Below, piece by piece: positions 1 through 14,184 of a stretch of 64,000 nucleotides of DNA; the first letter of the stretch is position 1; the number at the start of each line of letters is the position of its first letter. Under the pieces are notes generated by a model. That model had not been told where the DNA came from. It saw nothing but the letters and a program-made list of their open reading frames with translations, and did not search any database. The translations under genes were made by a program, and so were the position numbers. This stretch comes from Malacoraja senta. Lineage: Eukaryota. The stretch spans positions 8,310,001-8,374,000 of the forward strand of contig CM075996.1 in NCBI GenBank assembly GCA_038087875.1, in the 5' to 3' direction.

Positions 1-67
1 ATTGTAATGAAATGAAAATATGATAACTAACATGAGTTAGAACAAGGTTAGCGCAGTAAAACTTTAA

Positions 68-199
68 GTGTAGGAAGGAACTGCAGATGCTTGTTTACAC
101 TGCAGATAGACACAAAAAGCTGGAGTAACTCAGCGGGTCAGGCAGCATCTCTGAAGAAAAGGAGCAGGTGACGTTTCGGGTCGAGACCCTTCTTCAGAT
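68..199 (-). mobile_element. Penelope-derived pLTR/tail unit carrying a hammerhead core
   Basis: Same ~130-bp unit that flanks the GIY-YIG-coding fragments at 14185, 35157, 38940 and 48630. Confidence 0.8.
170..197 (-). ncRNA. Minimal hammerhead ribozyme core
   Basis: Minus strand reads CTGAAGA-A-GGGT CTCG ACCC-GAAA-CGTC. Confidence 0.7.
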
Positions 200-282
200 G
201 TGGGAGACTTTAATCTACATACAGACTGGGAAAATCTTATTTGTACTGAGTAAGTGGATTCCTGTTTGTTTAAGAGATGAGA

Positions 283-490
283 AAAGACACAAAGTGCTGG
301 AGTAACAGCGGGCCAGGCAGCATCTCTGGAGAACATGGCTATGTGACATTGTGGATCGGGACTCTTCTTCAGACAGATCAATCTGAAGAAGTGTTCCGAT
401 CCGAAACATCACCCCGGGATGCTACCTGACCCCTGAGTTACTCCAGCACTTTGTGTCTTTTTTGGTAAAAGCAGCATTTGTAGCTTCTAC
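283..490. mobile_element. Degenerate inverted pair of Penelope pLTR units
   Basis: Minus-strand copy followed by plus-strand copy with CTGAAGA..GAAAC at 383-410. Confidence 0.7.
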
Positions 491-999
491 ATTGGATAAG
501 AGACGGATTGTGTTGAAGAACCACTATCAAAACGGGCTATTTTAGATCCAGATCTGTGCAAAGAAAAGGGTTTATTATAGTTTTTTTTATAAAGTAGCCC
601 GGAGAAAAGAGAAACCATCATATGAGAGGACTTTACCTTGTTTGAAAGTGATGTACTTCAACGCAAGACCAGGGTTTTCAACCTAAATAAAGGAAATTAA
701 AAATAATAGAAAATACTGGGGATACTCAGCAGCCCTTTTTGATACGAGTCGCCGACTTGGATGTAAACAGTTTCTCTCTCCTGATCTGCCTGAGTATCCT
801 CAGCAGATTTCAGTTTACACCATGTGATTTTTTTAAATGTTCCAGTGTTAAGGACTGGTTTGCTGTGGTGAACTGGGAAACTACATAAATGGGTTTGATA
901 GCAGACATGTACAAAGATAAAGCACATATTTAAAACAAATACACTTTCCCATTGGGCACAAGGATACAGCAGGAAAAGTGGCTCAGACTTGGGATTACA

Positions 1000-1310
1000 G
1001 AAGGTGGCGCAGTGGTAGAGTTGATGCCTTACAGAGCCAGACGTCCAGGTTCGATCCTGACTACGCGTGCTGTCTTTACGGAGTTTGTGCGTTCTCCTGC
1101 GACTGCTTGGGTGAGCCCAAGGACTAGAACTCTCTCGTTTACTCTCCTTCTATTTTGGGGGTTTGTAGATTCATGGCCTCTGTAAAATTCCCACTAGTGT
1201 GCAGGGAGTTGATGTAAAGTGTGATAACATAGAAATGGTGCGAACAGGTGATAGATGGTCAGCGTGGACTCAGTGGCCTGTTTCCACACTGTATTTACAA
1301 ACTAAACTCT
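1000..1310 (+). mobile_element. HE1-like tRNA-derived V-SINE
   Basis: A-box GGTGGCGCAGTGG, B-box GGTTCGATCC, conserved body, (TAAAC)n tail. Confidence 0.8.
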
Positions 1311-2034
1311 AAAGTATTTTCACTTTCTTTGATTTGATATTGATTTCTTTAGTTCCTTTACAAATTCCAAAATCTCACCAATCCCAGGCATACTGCATTT
1401 TTCCCTGATAACTGCATACCCTTTTTTAAATTTTACTGCAGATGCTGGAATCATGAGCAAGACACAAAGTGCTGGAGGAACTGCAGGTCAGGCAACCTCT
1501 GTGGAGGGTTATGGACAGATGACGTGTCGGGACAGGACCATTCTTCAGATTTTACCGTGATTTAATTTCTTCTGTAATCCATGACTAGACTACCATTGTG
1601 ACTTTATGCCTTAAAGGAAATATTTAGTTGTTGTATGTATTTTTTTAAATTTATATCAGCCTCAGGCTGTTCAGTACATATACCTTAATGTGATTTTCCA
1701 ATCCAATAAAGCTAACCTGCCCCTCAAACCTTCAGGGATGTTTTTCTTCTGATAGAAAACCCTGGTTTCACATTGGAAATCACTTCCGCACATAATGGAA
1801 AACTCTATCATATTATGGTCACACTTTACAAGGGTGCCTGTACAGCACGATTAATCTTCCCGTTGCACAGTACTAGGTCTAAACAGACTGTTCCTAAGTC
1901 AGTTCCTCAATATATCAATCTAGAAATCTGTGACATCTATTAAGAGCAGCATGGTCATGCAGTTCAAATATCTATCTATGTGTGTAGGAAGGAACAACAG
2001 ATACTGGTTTAGACCCGAAGATAGACACAAAGGG

Positions 2035-2234
2035 NNNNNNNNNNNNNNNNNNNNNNNNNNNNNNNNNNNNNNNNNNNNNNNNNNNNNNNNNNNNNNNNNN
2101 NNNNNNNNNNNNNNNNNNNNNNNNNNNNNNNNNNNNNNNNNNNNNNNNNNNNNNNNNNNNNNNNNNNNNNNNNNNNNNNNNNNNNNNNNNNNNNNNNNNN
2201 NNNNNNNNNNNNNNNNNNNNNNNNNNNNNNNNNN
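2035..2234. other. Assembly gap (200 N)
   Basis: Run of N. Confidence 1.
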
Positions 2235-4874
2235 CCATAAAGGGGCCTGTTTAATTTCTTCTGATCCTGAATATTTCCATTGCCTTTGCTAACTACCACT
2301 TTTTGAAAAGGGTTTTATTCACTATCCTGCTGCTCCCCTTCCATCCAATCATCTTTCCTCTGTCTCTTTGAATCAGTATTCTTATAAAAGTTCCTGAATT
2401 GGAACAACTTGCTCTCTGTTTTGTCCAGTCTAAGCCCATTGTGATCTTGTCCACCTCTCAAACCTCTTCTCCACTTGACAAAGCTGTTCTCCTCGGAGCA
2501 GTGAAATATTAAAAATTGAATTTGTAGGTCTGTTCATAATTGAGAACTCAAAGTGGTTCCATTAGTATGTCTGTTGGTTATAGGAAGGTGCTGATTTAAG
2601 ATAAAGGGTGACAAAACCACAGGTAAAGATGAAGATTATTTTGTACTGTAAACCAGGAATGCACGGCCTGAAAGGATGGCAGATGCAGATTCAGCAGCAA
2701 CTTTCAAAAGGGAATTGGCAGATATGCTCACAACAAAAACATTTGCAGGGTTAGGAAGAAGAGGAGGGTAGTGGGATTGATTGAATGGTTCATTAGGAGA
2801 ATCCGGTCAAGTATGTTAGGCTGAAGGGTCTTCTGTGCCACAAGGCGTTAACCTTGCACCATAAGGATCAAAATCATTGAGCACTTGAAAAAAAATTGAT
2901 GAGCAGAGAGAACCGACTTCTATTTGCTTTTAGTGATGAATATATTTAGATCATCAGAGTCTGTCCTCCTTTGCAGTATCTGGCTTCTTACCATCAATAA
3001 AAGATTTCATATTTTCTTCCTTGGGTTCAAAATTAACTAAATTTTCGATTGTTTTGTCCATTGGCTAATTAGATGGATTAGTTACCTGGAACAAATGAAT
3101 ATATCAGTTTTGTTCTTAGTGGAGCAAAGATGGCTAAAAGTTTGGTGTTTGAAATCATGAAGGTTTTATATGGAAAAGAAAAAAAAACTACTTTGGCTGT
3201 AGAGTAGAAAAGTTGAATGAGCAAATTTAAGGATACTAAGAGGAAATTGTCTGATTAATATAGATACATCTTCCATCAAGGTCACTGCCAAGATAAACAT
3301 GTGAGTGTCATAATGGACTTTGTGATAGTGTTATATCCCAGTGAAAAAGGACAGCAAAAAGAAATGTGTGTAGAATTGAACAAAGGAATTGGGAACTCAA
3401 GCACCTCAGACTACCTCTGCCATTTAGTACGATCAGGGCTGATTTGATTGTAAATTCAATTCCATGTTCCTGATTGCACCTTTTACCCTCTTAACAAGAA
3501 TTTATCTACCTCTTAAAAATATTCAAAAACATTGCTTCCACTGCCTCTGGGGAAGTGGTCCAATGATTCACAATCCTCAGAGAACATGTCATCTGTTTTA
3601 ATTGGGTAACCTTTTCTAAAAACAGTGACTCCTTGTTCCTAGGTTCAACACAGGACGAAGTGTCCTTTCCACATCCATCCTGTCCAGACTTTCCAAGATG
3701 TTATGTTTCGATCAAGTCCCTTCTCCCTCATAATGTCAGTGGATACAAGCCTAGTCTATCCAACCTTTCCTCATGAAGCATAATCCAGGTATCAATCTCT
3801 TAAACTTTATATAAACTACCTTCACTGCATTAACACCCCTACTGTATCCACTATTTCAGAAATGGCCTCACCATTGCACTTTATAACTAAAGAACAAAAA
3901 CAGGGAGATTGTAGACATAAATTGCCGATAAAGGGTTTTGACCCCAAAAAGTCACCTATTTCTTTTCTCCGGAGATGCTGCTTGACCCGCTGAGTAACTC
4001 CAGCATTTTGTGTCTATCTTCGTACAAACCAGCATCTGCAGTTCCTTCCTACACAATTGAGAGATTGTGTTCAATTCCCCTTGAAAAAAACATTGTTGGT
4101 TTTCCTAATTTCTTGTACCTGTATTCAAACGATCCCTGCATTACAGCAATTTGGGTAATGAAAGCTTGCGTGTACAGAATTCACAAACCACCATCAAAAC
4201 AAAATCTGAGATATGGAATAAAAATACGCTTTTAAGAAATTTATGTGAAAAATGTAAGTGAGGGCAATTCTTTTTTTCAATTCTCGTTTCTTGGTCCATA
4301 CACAGATGATGCGACTTTGTTACGGAAAATCATGATATGGACCATTTTCGTGCTCTCTTCCCTTCCCCTTACTTCCCTACCAGCCCCCTGTACGAGCCTT
4401 TTGTGAATCATTCATTAGGACACCAGATTCATCTCTATCTCAGAGCTCTGAAATCTCTCACCATTTGGATAATATGCTTTTTGATTTTTCTTGCCAAAAT
4501 GAATAATGCCCTCTGTAGCCCCCTTATGATCTCTTCACTGTGTCATTGGCAAGATAAGGTATCTTACTTTCATCCATGTCATCTATTAATGTTTTGATCA
4601 AGAAACAGTGCTGGTTCAGTGGGTCAGCCGGAAATCTAATGGGACCCTTTTTGACACTGATGAAGGGTCCACACCCAAAACGCAATCTATCCATTCCCCC
4701 TACAGATGCTCCCTGAGCTGCCGAGTTCCTCCAGCACTGTTGTTTCCATTAATGTTTTGACTTGGGGAGAAAATTAATTTGGGGGGTAAGGTGTAGAGTG
4801 TGTGGATGTGATAAAGGATGAATCCTAGTGATATGGCCTCGAGCCTTAACATTTATCCTTATAAACATTTTTTT

Positions 4875-5620
4875 TTAGTCATTGGGGATTTGGTTTGCAC
4901 TAACAAGATCAGCATCATAGCATGTGCCTAATTACCCTTGGGAAGTTGGTGGTGAACTGCTGCCTTAAATTGCTGCAGACCCATTGGTGAAGGTACTGCA
5001 TGCTGTTGGATAGGGAGTTTCATAATTTACACCAGTGACAATGAAACATTAACGATTATATTTCCAAGAAGCATGGTGCTTGACTTGGATGGGAATCTGC
5101 AGGCAGTGGTGTTCCCATGTTCCCATCAATCCAGTGGAATTATCTTGAGCAAAAACCTCTGCCTCCACACATGCCACCAGACCAGTTGAGTTCCTCCAGC
5201 AGCCTTCTTTTTTTTTTGTGTTTCAATGTGCTTGCTGCCCCTGGTGGATGTTGCAGGTTTAGGATGTGGAGTTGGAGTAGTCTAGGTGAGAAACTGCAGT
5301 GAAGTTTGTCAATAGTAGACACTATACGGCAGTAGTCGCGGCAATGAATGGTTATGGTGGTAGATCAGGTGCCAAACAATGCTGCGATCCTGGTGTGTTA
5401 TTGTATTTATACATGTCCAGGCAAGTGGAGATTATTCCGTTACACTCCTGACCTGTGACATTGTTGCTGGAAAGGCTTTGGGATGTCAGGAAATGTGTCG
5501 TCTCACCTCTGAACTTCTCTGTAGCCTCACTATTTACATGGCTGCTCCAGTTGAGTTTCAGATAAGTGGTGACCTGCAGGATGTTGATGGTGGGGATTTG
5601 GCTGTAGTACATCAATGGTA
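4875..5620 (-). mobile_element. Ancient, degenerate LINE 3' fragment (CR1/L2-like)
   Basis: Resembles an abundant old chondrichthyan LINE 3' region; heavily mutated, boundaries approximate. Confidence 0.45.
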
Positions 5621-7099
5621 GGTGATTAGTTGATAAAGAACTAGAGAGTTACATATCCAAAGTTATTGCCGATGATAAGTCAGGTGCCAATGTAAGTAGA
5701 TGAAATTGAGATTTAAAATGGTCACAACATGAAAGAATGTTACGGCACAAGACAAGGCCAGTCAGCTCAAAGTGCCAACTCTTTCATAGGGAAATCCAGT
5801 TATCCCTACTCTCTGTTTTATTCCCTATCATCATGCATTTATTTTTCAAAACTCATCATGGTTACTCAGAGAAATGCTCACTTTCTCTTTCTCATTTGCC
5901 TTCCCTCAGTGTTTCTCTCCAAGGTCAGTCTCTTTACCCTGGTTGTTTTTTTGCACGTTTCTCGTGGATGCACATTTTCTGTTGTATCCCTAACCTCGGT
6001 TGCTCTCATTTTAATCAGGACCTATTATTGTGTGCCCCTGTCAGTGTCGCGGTACAGATTCCATCCCAGCAAAGTACAGTGGAGCACCACATTCCTCCAC
6101 CTCATCTCTGGCCCTGGGCCCGTGTAGCTGTTGACAAGCTGACAGCTTCTGACGGCTATGAATTGTAAATGTGCTTTCCGTTCATGGAGTTCAGTGTACC
6201 AAGATGAGCTGCCTGAGGCTGCAGGGTACCAGTTTGTAAATGTGTGCCTGCATATTGTCACTGTTTAACATTAGGATACAGTGCTGGTGGTGATGGGTCT
6301 ATAACTCTACGTGGTTTTCTAACAGTTTTATTATGGGTGTAAGACCAGAATAGATGAGTTTCTCGTGTCCAGTCAGAATTTCCCAAATATCTCAAAGATT
6401 TACTTAATGAAAAACTGAACATCTTTTATCGGGTTTTAAAACAAATAGGCTTGAGAATTGGACTGAAAAAAATGAAGCGATATTTAAGAAGGGTGGAAGG
6501 AGAAAAACCAGTTTAACACTGACACCATTGAAATCTATCATCAGCCTCGTGTCAGTAAACAGTTGATCATAAGGTAATAAAGGAGCACAAATTTGAATAG
6601 GATAGATCACTGCTGTCTGATCGAGTAAATTTTTTGAGACAGTCACGAGTTCGTTACATAGGGCAATATTTGCGTACAGTAAGGATTTCCATGGGACATT
6701 TGAAAAGGCTATTAGCAGAAGTAAAAGCCTCGAATTGGAAGTATCCTGATTAATTGGTAGGAAAGAACTGCAGATGCTGGTTTAAATCGCAGGTAGGCAC
6801 AAAATGCTGGAGTAACTCAGCGGGATAGGCAGCATCTCTGGAGAGAAGGAATGGGTGATGTTTCGGGTCGAGACCCTCAGACTGATTAATTGGTAATTGA
6901 TTGACAGGTAGTTGGGATAAAAAGAATGTACACAAATAGATGGGCAAGGATGCTTTGAAACTTTTGTTACGGAGCGTATTTGTAAATGCTTTGAAGGAAA
7001 GGGAACAGAATACCCTAGGTTACGGATTACAATAAATTTTGAGCCGCAGCAAGTAGAAATGGGTTCAATGATCTGTAAAGAGCCAGGATATAAGGGAAT

Positions 7100-7590
7100 A
7101 GTGCAGAAGAGAAATAAAAGAAAGCACATTTTTCTAAATGATGTGAGATTGGAAGACTTTTGTGTTCAGGTAGATCTCATATCAAAATTAACATATAGGT
7201 GCATGGCAGGAAACTAGGAAAGCAAATGGTAAGTTGGCATTTACTTCAAGAACACGGTGGTGTCAAGAATAGAGATGTCCTGCTCCATTTTTAGTCCTGG
7301 TGAAGTTGAATGTGCAATATTGTGTACTGGTCTGATGTCTACCTAAGGAAGGATATATTTGTGATAGAGGGAGTCCACTGAAGGTTTATCCATTGATATC
7401 TGGATGTTAGTTTTGTCACATGGAAGATAGTAAGCAACTGGGACTGTAAACTGGAAACCGACAAAATATTTTAGAGGATTGACAATGTAGGGGTGGAGTT
7501 GATGCATACCCCCATGACTGAGGTTTCTAGAAGCAGGGATCAGAGTCTCACAATATGGAGTCATGCATTTGGGACAGAGGGGAAGTAGTT
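7100..7590 (+). mobile_element. Old CR1 ORF2 3' fragment
   Basis: Degenerate homology to the young CR1 copies (AGGAAAGCAAATGGTAAGTTGGCATTTA; AAGGAAGGATATA). Confidence 0.6.
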
Positions 7591-7782
7591 TCTGATGCAG
7601 TGGTCTGAAGAAGGAGCTCGGCCCGAAACTTCACCGATTCCTTCTATCCCATGGCATGCATTCGTGGCATATGCACCTCATTGGCAAGTCAGGGTTTATT
7701 ACCAATTCCTAATGTATTTTTTAGAATTTAGTGGTAAACTTCCATCTTGAGCCCATTGCATCTTGTGCTCTGAAGGTGTTTA

Positions 7783-8032
7783 TAGATACAGTGCGAAAAC
7801 AGGCCCATCGTCCCACCAGGGACAATTTACACTTATACTAAACAAATTAACCTACAAACCTGTACATCTTTGGAGTGTGGGAGTAAACTGAAGATCTTGG
7901 ACAAAACTGACGCGGTCATGGGGAGAACCTACAAACTCTGTACAGACAGCACCCAAAGTCTGGATCGAACCCGGTTCTCTGGAGCTGCAAGCGCTGTAAG
8001 ACGGTAACTCTACTGCTGCACCACCACGCCAC
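7783..8032 (-). mobile_element. HE1-like SINE, internally deleted
   Basis: Reverse complement of the SINE head and body. Confidence 0.8.
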
Positions 8033-8964
8033 CACCTGAAGGTGCCTTTGCAATAATGTTGGGGTGGGAATTCCAGGATTTTCCCTTGAAATCCAAGAAT
8101 CACTTGATTTGTCTGGAACACGCTAGACCGTTCTACATCACTGTAGAGTAAACAATCTGAGCATTCTCATCCCTCTAAGGAGGAAATTTCTCATTTCAAT
8201 CTTAAATGGTGGATTTTTATTGCTGAGTTGAGTTTTTGACTCGCCAGTCAAGGAAAACACTTCTCAGCATGTATCCTATCAAGTCTTCTTAGAATCTTGT
8301 TTGTTTCATGAAGAACACCAATATTCTATAGCCTGACTCAAAAATGATTGAAAATTTACAACACAGAAAATGACCATTCAGCCCATATGTCTCTGTGTCT
8401 ATCTTCGGTTAGACAGGCAACATCTCTGGAGAGTAGGAACGGGTGACGTTTCGGCTTGAGACCCTTTTTCAGTCTGAAGAATGGTCTCAACCCATAATGT
8501 CACCCATTCATTCTCTCTAGAGATGCGACCTGTCCCGCTGAGTTGCTCCAGCTTTTTGTGTCTACCCTCCACAGATGCTGCCTGACCCATTGTGTTTCTC
8601 CAGCACTTTGTTCTTTGTTTGATTCCAGCAACTGCAGTTTTTTGTGTCTCCTTTCTTTCTTCGTCTTCCTCGATTATTTGCACCCCTCCTCCGCTGGTTT
8701 TAGACCACTCAACCAAGGGAAGTGTGTCTTTCCTATATACTTATCAAGGTCCCTCACAATTTTATATATCTCTTGGCCTTCTACGTTCCAAAGAAAACAA
8801 CTCAAGCTTATCTGATCTTGCAGTAAAATTTCTGTGGTGGTAAATCTCCTGTGCATCCTCCACCATGAAAATTGACCTTTTTTACAATGTGATGAACAGA
8901 AGAGAGTCCGAGTTGTGCAGCACAAATAAAAACCATTTGGCCCACAGTGTCCATACTGACCCAT

Positions 8965-9265
8965 TTAGTTTAGTTTGGTTAAAGATTCAGCGTGGAAATA
9001 GGCCCTTTGGCCCACCAAGTCCATGCTGACCAACGATCCCATACACTAACACTATCCTCAACATGGGGACCATTTATCCTGAAGCCAATCAACCTACAAA
9101 CCTGTACGTCTTTGGAGTGTGGGAGTATACCGGAGCTCCCAGGAAAAACCTACGGTCATCGAGGGAACATGCCAACTCCGTACAGACACCACTTGTAGTT
9201 AGGGTTGAACCTGGGTCACTGGCGCTGTAAGGCAGCAACTCTATCGCCATGCCACTTTGCCGCCG
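8965..9265 (-). mobile_element. HE1-like SINE
   Basis: TTTAG tail plus reverse-complement body and head. Confidence 0.8.
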
Positions 9266-9954
9266 TCAATACTGTCTATAGTCACATCATTTACCCATGT
9301 TTGGTTCCTAGCCATCTTGGCCTTGTTGATTCAAGTGCTTGTCTAAATATTTCTTAAATATTGTGAGAATACTTGGCTCGACCTCTGCTGCAGGCATCAC
9401 AGCAGTCTGCTGAAGCTGCCTGCTTCTTTCACAAAGGCTAAGTGCATATCTGGCTGACTGCAGTATGGTTTAGTAAAGTATTGGTTAAGGTTATTGGCTA
9501 ATAGTATCCAGAAACACAGATCTAGAAGCAATTTAAATTTCAATCCCTCGTACCTCAACTCTCCAATCCAACAATCTAGTCAATAAAGCACTGTTTCACC
9601 GGCTCCAGGAAAAGTACATCCTCCCTTGGACATAGAGAGCAAAACTATAAGCGGTAATGTACAACTTTTTCTGGGGAAGGAGCTGTTGCCAATCCAAACC
9701 ACGTATCATTCGCCTGAATAGTAAAGGGTCTTACTTCATGAGAAGTCCTGGCCACTGTTATTCTGACTACTCCGTGTTGTGGAGTTCAATTGCAGAGCGA
9801 GCATTTATTTTGGGAAATCTGATAAACGAGTGTAGACGCGAAAAGCTAGAATAACGTTGCAGGTCAGGCAAAATTTCTGGAGAAAAGGAATAGGTGACAT
9901 TTTGGGTCGACACTCTTCTTCAGACAGCTAATTGAGTGCCAGGTTAGCCATTAG

Positions 9955-10292
9955 GTTATAGAGCTTAGAAACAGGCCCTGAGGCTCAACTTGCCCACACC
10001 TGCCACCATATCCCAGCTACACAAGTCCCACCTGCCCACGTTTGGTTCATATCCCTCCAAACCTGTCCTATCCATGTACCTGTCTAACTGTTTCTTAAAT
10101 GTTGGGATTGTCCCTCAACTACCTCCTCTGGCAGCTTGTTCCATACACCCACCACCCTTTGTGTGAAAAAGTTACCACTCAGATTTCTATTCAATCTTTT
10201 CCCCTTCACTATAAACCTATGTCCTCTGGTCCTCGATTCACCTACTCTGGGCAAGAGACTGTGCATCTACCCGATCTATTCCTCTCATATTT
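9955..10292 (-). mobile_element. CR1 3' fragment
   Basis: ORF 10084-10266 reads ESRTRGHRF..FFTQRVVGVWNKLPEEVV, the CR1 ORF2 C-terminus. Confidence 0.85.
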
Positions 10293-11105
10293 TAATGGAC
10301 GGTATGCTTCGTCATGAGAGGGGCAAGTTTCAATGTTTTAATTGTTTGGATTAAGTGTTCACTAATTTTAATTCTTTTTTTAAATACATTTTGATTAATT
10401 TTATTTTTGAATGTGAACATAAGCAACATTCAGAAATATTCATAGTTCTGGCAGCTGGTTTTGCCTGGGGATGTGTGTGACTTTACCAGCTGTCTAAGCT
10501 CTGCAGGGACTTGTCGATCAGGACTTGGTGTGTCATAACGCCCATTGCCAGCCAAAAGATCGCATTAGAACCTCACCCCTCCAGAAAATGCTGTGCTTCT
10601 GTGCGGGGATGGGAGCTGGCATTGGATGTTTGCTGTTAATTGCATCAGACCACACACAACTGCGCTGAGGGTCAGGCTGATCCAGGAGCCGTGGATAGTG
10701 ATTCAGGGGGTCACTCCAGAGCTTTGATATTAATTAAATGTGTGGGCAAATTTGTGACATCGGACTTCCTCGCAGCCAGCACTTTGGAAAGATGGACTGC
10801 TGGAATAATTTCAAAATCAGGAGGAACTGTGGAGAGATCTCAAAGCCTGCGGACTGCCACAAAAAACAATTAAAAAGGTTAATCTGAAGGAACTGGAAGG
10901 CAAAATTAATGAAGTTGTGCTGCGGCAGTGTAAAGCTTTAGTTCAACCTCATCCAATGTGTTAGGTTCAAATCTCGGCTCTGTAATGCAGGAAGGATATA
11001 TTGTTTCTGGAGGGAGTGCACTGAAGATTCATCAGAAAGTTAAGGGCAGTTGGCATGGCCTGGACTTGTATTTCCTAGTTGTGCCAGATTAAGCAACTAA
11101 CACAA

Positions 11106-11455
11106 AAGGGTTTGGACACGCTAGAGGCAGGAAACATGTTTCAGATGTTGGGGGAATCCAGAGCCAGGGGCCACAGTTTAAGAATAAGGAGTAAGCCATT
11201 TAGAACGGAGACGAGGAAACACTTTTTCTCACAGAGAGTTGTGAGGCTGTGGCATTCTCTGCCTCAGAGGGCGGTGGAGGCGGTTCTCTGGATGCTTTCA
11301 AGAGAGAGCTAGATAGGGCTCTTAAAGATAGCGGAGTCAGGGGATATGGGGAGAAGGCAGGAATGGGGTACTGATTGGGGATGATCAGCCATGATCACAT
11401 TGAATGGCCGAAGGGACGAATGGCTTACTCCTGCACCTATTGTCTATTGTCTATC
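11106..11455 (+). mobile_element. Young CR1 (HER1-like) 3' fragment
   Basis: GLDTLEAGNMF..HFFSQRVV; (CTATTGT)n tail. Confidence 0.9.
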
Positions 11456-11479
11456 AGATCTTCACACGACTTTTAGTTC

Positions 11480-11782
11480 AATTTAGTTTGGTTTAGAGAT
11501 ACATCGTGGTTACAGGCCCTTCGGCCCACCGAGTCCGGGCCAACCAGCGATCCCCGCACGTTAACACTATCCTACACACACTAGGGACAATTTACACTTA
11601 TAACAAACCAATTAACCTATAAACCTGTATATCTTTGGAGTGTGGGAGGAAACCGAAGATCTCCCTGGTCGCAGGGAGAATGTATAAACTCCGTACAGAC
11701 AGCACCCATAGTTGGGATCGAGCCCGGGTCTCTGGCACTGCAAGCGCTGTAAGGCAGCAATTCTACTGCTGTGCCACAGTGC
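11480..11782 (-). mobile_element. HE1-like SINE
   Basis: Full head, body and tail on the minus strand. Confidence 0.85.
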
Positions 11783-14184
11783 CTTTTAATTATATATTTA
11801 GCGTACAGTAGTAAACATGATGAGCTGAAGAGCAACAAGAGCACAAAATTGGCAATGCATGCCAATTGTCAATAGCTGTCTGAAACTGCTTGAAGCCAGA
11901 CCTTTCAGTCCAACCAAAATCAATGTTGAATCCAGAGTGTTTAATTGTACTATGCACAAACAATGGAACAATGAAATTGTTACTTTCAGCAGCATGACCG
12001 GCCTCTAAACACAATATTCATAGATAATATATGATAAACGATAAATTAATAATTGTTCATACTAGTGCAATAAAAGCCTGAAGTTCCGAGTGCAACTAAG
12101 GATAGTTCATTGTTTAGTGCTTTAGAGCCTGATGGTTGTTGAGAAGAAGCTTTCTATTCTTGAAGCTGTTGGTCAAGTTTATCGGAATGAAGACTCAATT
12201 GTTCAATGGTTTATGCCTCTTTTACCTTCTTCCTGATGGTAGCAGTGAAATGAGAGCATGGTGGTGTAGATGATGCTGGTTGCCTTTTTGTGACCCCGCC
12301 TTCTGTAAATCCCTTAGATGGTGGAGGGGTCAGTACTCTTGATGGACTGGGGGGGTGGGGGGTCCAACACTTATTGTAATCTCCTTCGTTTGAGTTGCCA
12401 AGCCAGGCCGTGATAAGTTGATAAAATAGCATTGAGGATGATCCTGAAGAAGCAGATACTGAAATTATTAAATGAAAACTTAAATGTGATTTGTGAAATT
12501 CTGATTTTCGTTTTCAAGAGTTGGGCTGGTGTGAACGTGACGAGAGAAATTCAGTCTCCAATGTAATGGCCAGCACGCCATCATTTTTAAATTCCCATTG
12601 TTAATTCCTCTGCTACACTTGGGCTTCATATTGTGACACCACTGTTCCTGGCAATATTGGTAATTCTCCTGTGTAGGAACTGCAGATGCTGGTTTACACT
12701 GAAGATAGACACAAAATGCTGGAGTGACAGGCAGCATCTCTGGAGAGAAGGAATAGGTGACGTTTCGGGTCAAGACCCTTCTTCAGACCGAGAGTCAAGG
12801 AGAGGAAGAGTAGAGGTATGAAAACGTACAGAATTCTTCTGGCAGTCAAGCTTAGAGAAAAATTTGACTATGAGTTATTTGTAAACATTGTAAAATTATC
12901 CCTTTTTTAAAAGAGACTCTGCGGACCTTTTGTCTGCGTATTTAGGGTCATAATAATGACTGAATAAAATGGATTTTAATCCGCTTTGAATTAGACTGAG
13001 TGAGTCTGCTGTGTGTTGCAGTCCACCACCAATTCTTTGGCTGACAGTGATCTCATTGCACACTTTGCATGTGATGGAAACTGGCTATGTAACTAATTAC
13101 ACCCTCCTGTCTCCGTTACTGTCTTTCCACTCAGCAGACTTTAGTGCAGTGTGAGATACTCAGACAGGGAAGCTTGTGCTCGAGTGAACATACGAATTTT
13201 AAACAAATGATTAATAGACATCAAATTTTGATTCTTTAAACATGTATAGATTTGTAAAAAACAATTTGTGGTCATTTTTTTAATCATCTTTGAGGTGTTT
13301 AACTGGTAAGGTTAAGATCTGTTGCCAGTTGGTCTTGAGAAGATGATGTGTAGGAAGGAACTGCAGATGCTGGTTTACACTGAAGATAGACACAAAAAGC
13401 TGGAGTATCTCAGCGGGTCAGGCAACACCTCTGGATAAAAGGAATAGGTGACGTTCCGGATCGAGACCCTTCTTCAGATTGAAGTCCCGATGAGGTTGAG
13501 ATCGGCCGGCCTAGGCGCAACATTTTCGAGGGGATTCCTTGGGGGGGGGGGGGGGGAAGGAATATTGTCTGGATTAAAGTGGTCCAACAGTTGCCAGAAA
13601 ATCTGTGGTGGATCTGTAGTTCCAAGGCCCTATCGCAACCGACGTGGAACTTGCAGATTCTGCAGTTGGTGGACAAGAAGGAGCACGGGGCTTCTCATGT
13701 CAAATGGACGTACGATCCTTGGTACTTGCTCCTCGCTGTGGTTTCTCCACTTAGACGAGGTATTGCATGTTTGACGTCAGACTCCCAAAACAGACATTCT
13801 CTTACAAGCTTTATAATGGTTAGAAATCACCAGGTGGACCGAGGTAAAGGTTCATGGATGCCCTCGAAGGAGATCTGTTTTGTGAGCTTGATGTCAAACA
13901 TGTGAATGACAGAGCTGACTCTGATTATGACCATAATGCTGCAGGGGGGGGGGGGTCCTTGGAGAGAGCGACAATGTGTTGGTTTGCTTATCCTGCCTGT
14001 GGGTTTGGAGGATTTTGTGGAGACAACATTGACTGTGTTTCTCCTGTGCTGTCATTTCTACATGGAGAAACCAAAATGTATTAAAATGGCCTTTATTAAA
14101 ATCTGACAATTTGCACTTTAACCACATGTGATTTTTTTCTATTACATATCTCAAATTGTGGAGTACAGAGGCAAAAAAATAAAT

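Noticed and set aside
1930..2299. ORFs spanning the N runs (also 49373-49751)
   Set aside because: Artifacts of the assembly gaps.
5729..6261. Possible host exon (132/143-aa ORFs after a pyrimidine-rich stretch)
   Set aside because: No recognisable protein motif or convincing splice pair; it may be non-coding regulatory sequence but I cannot support a call.
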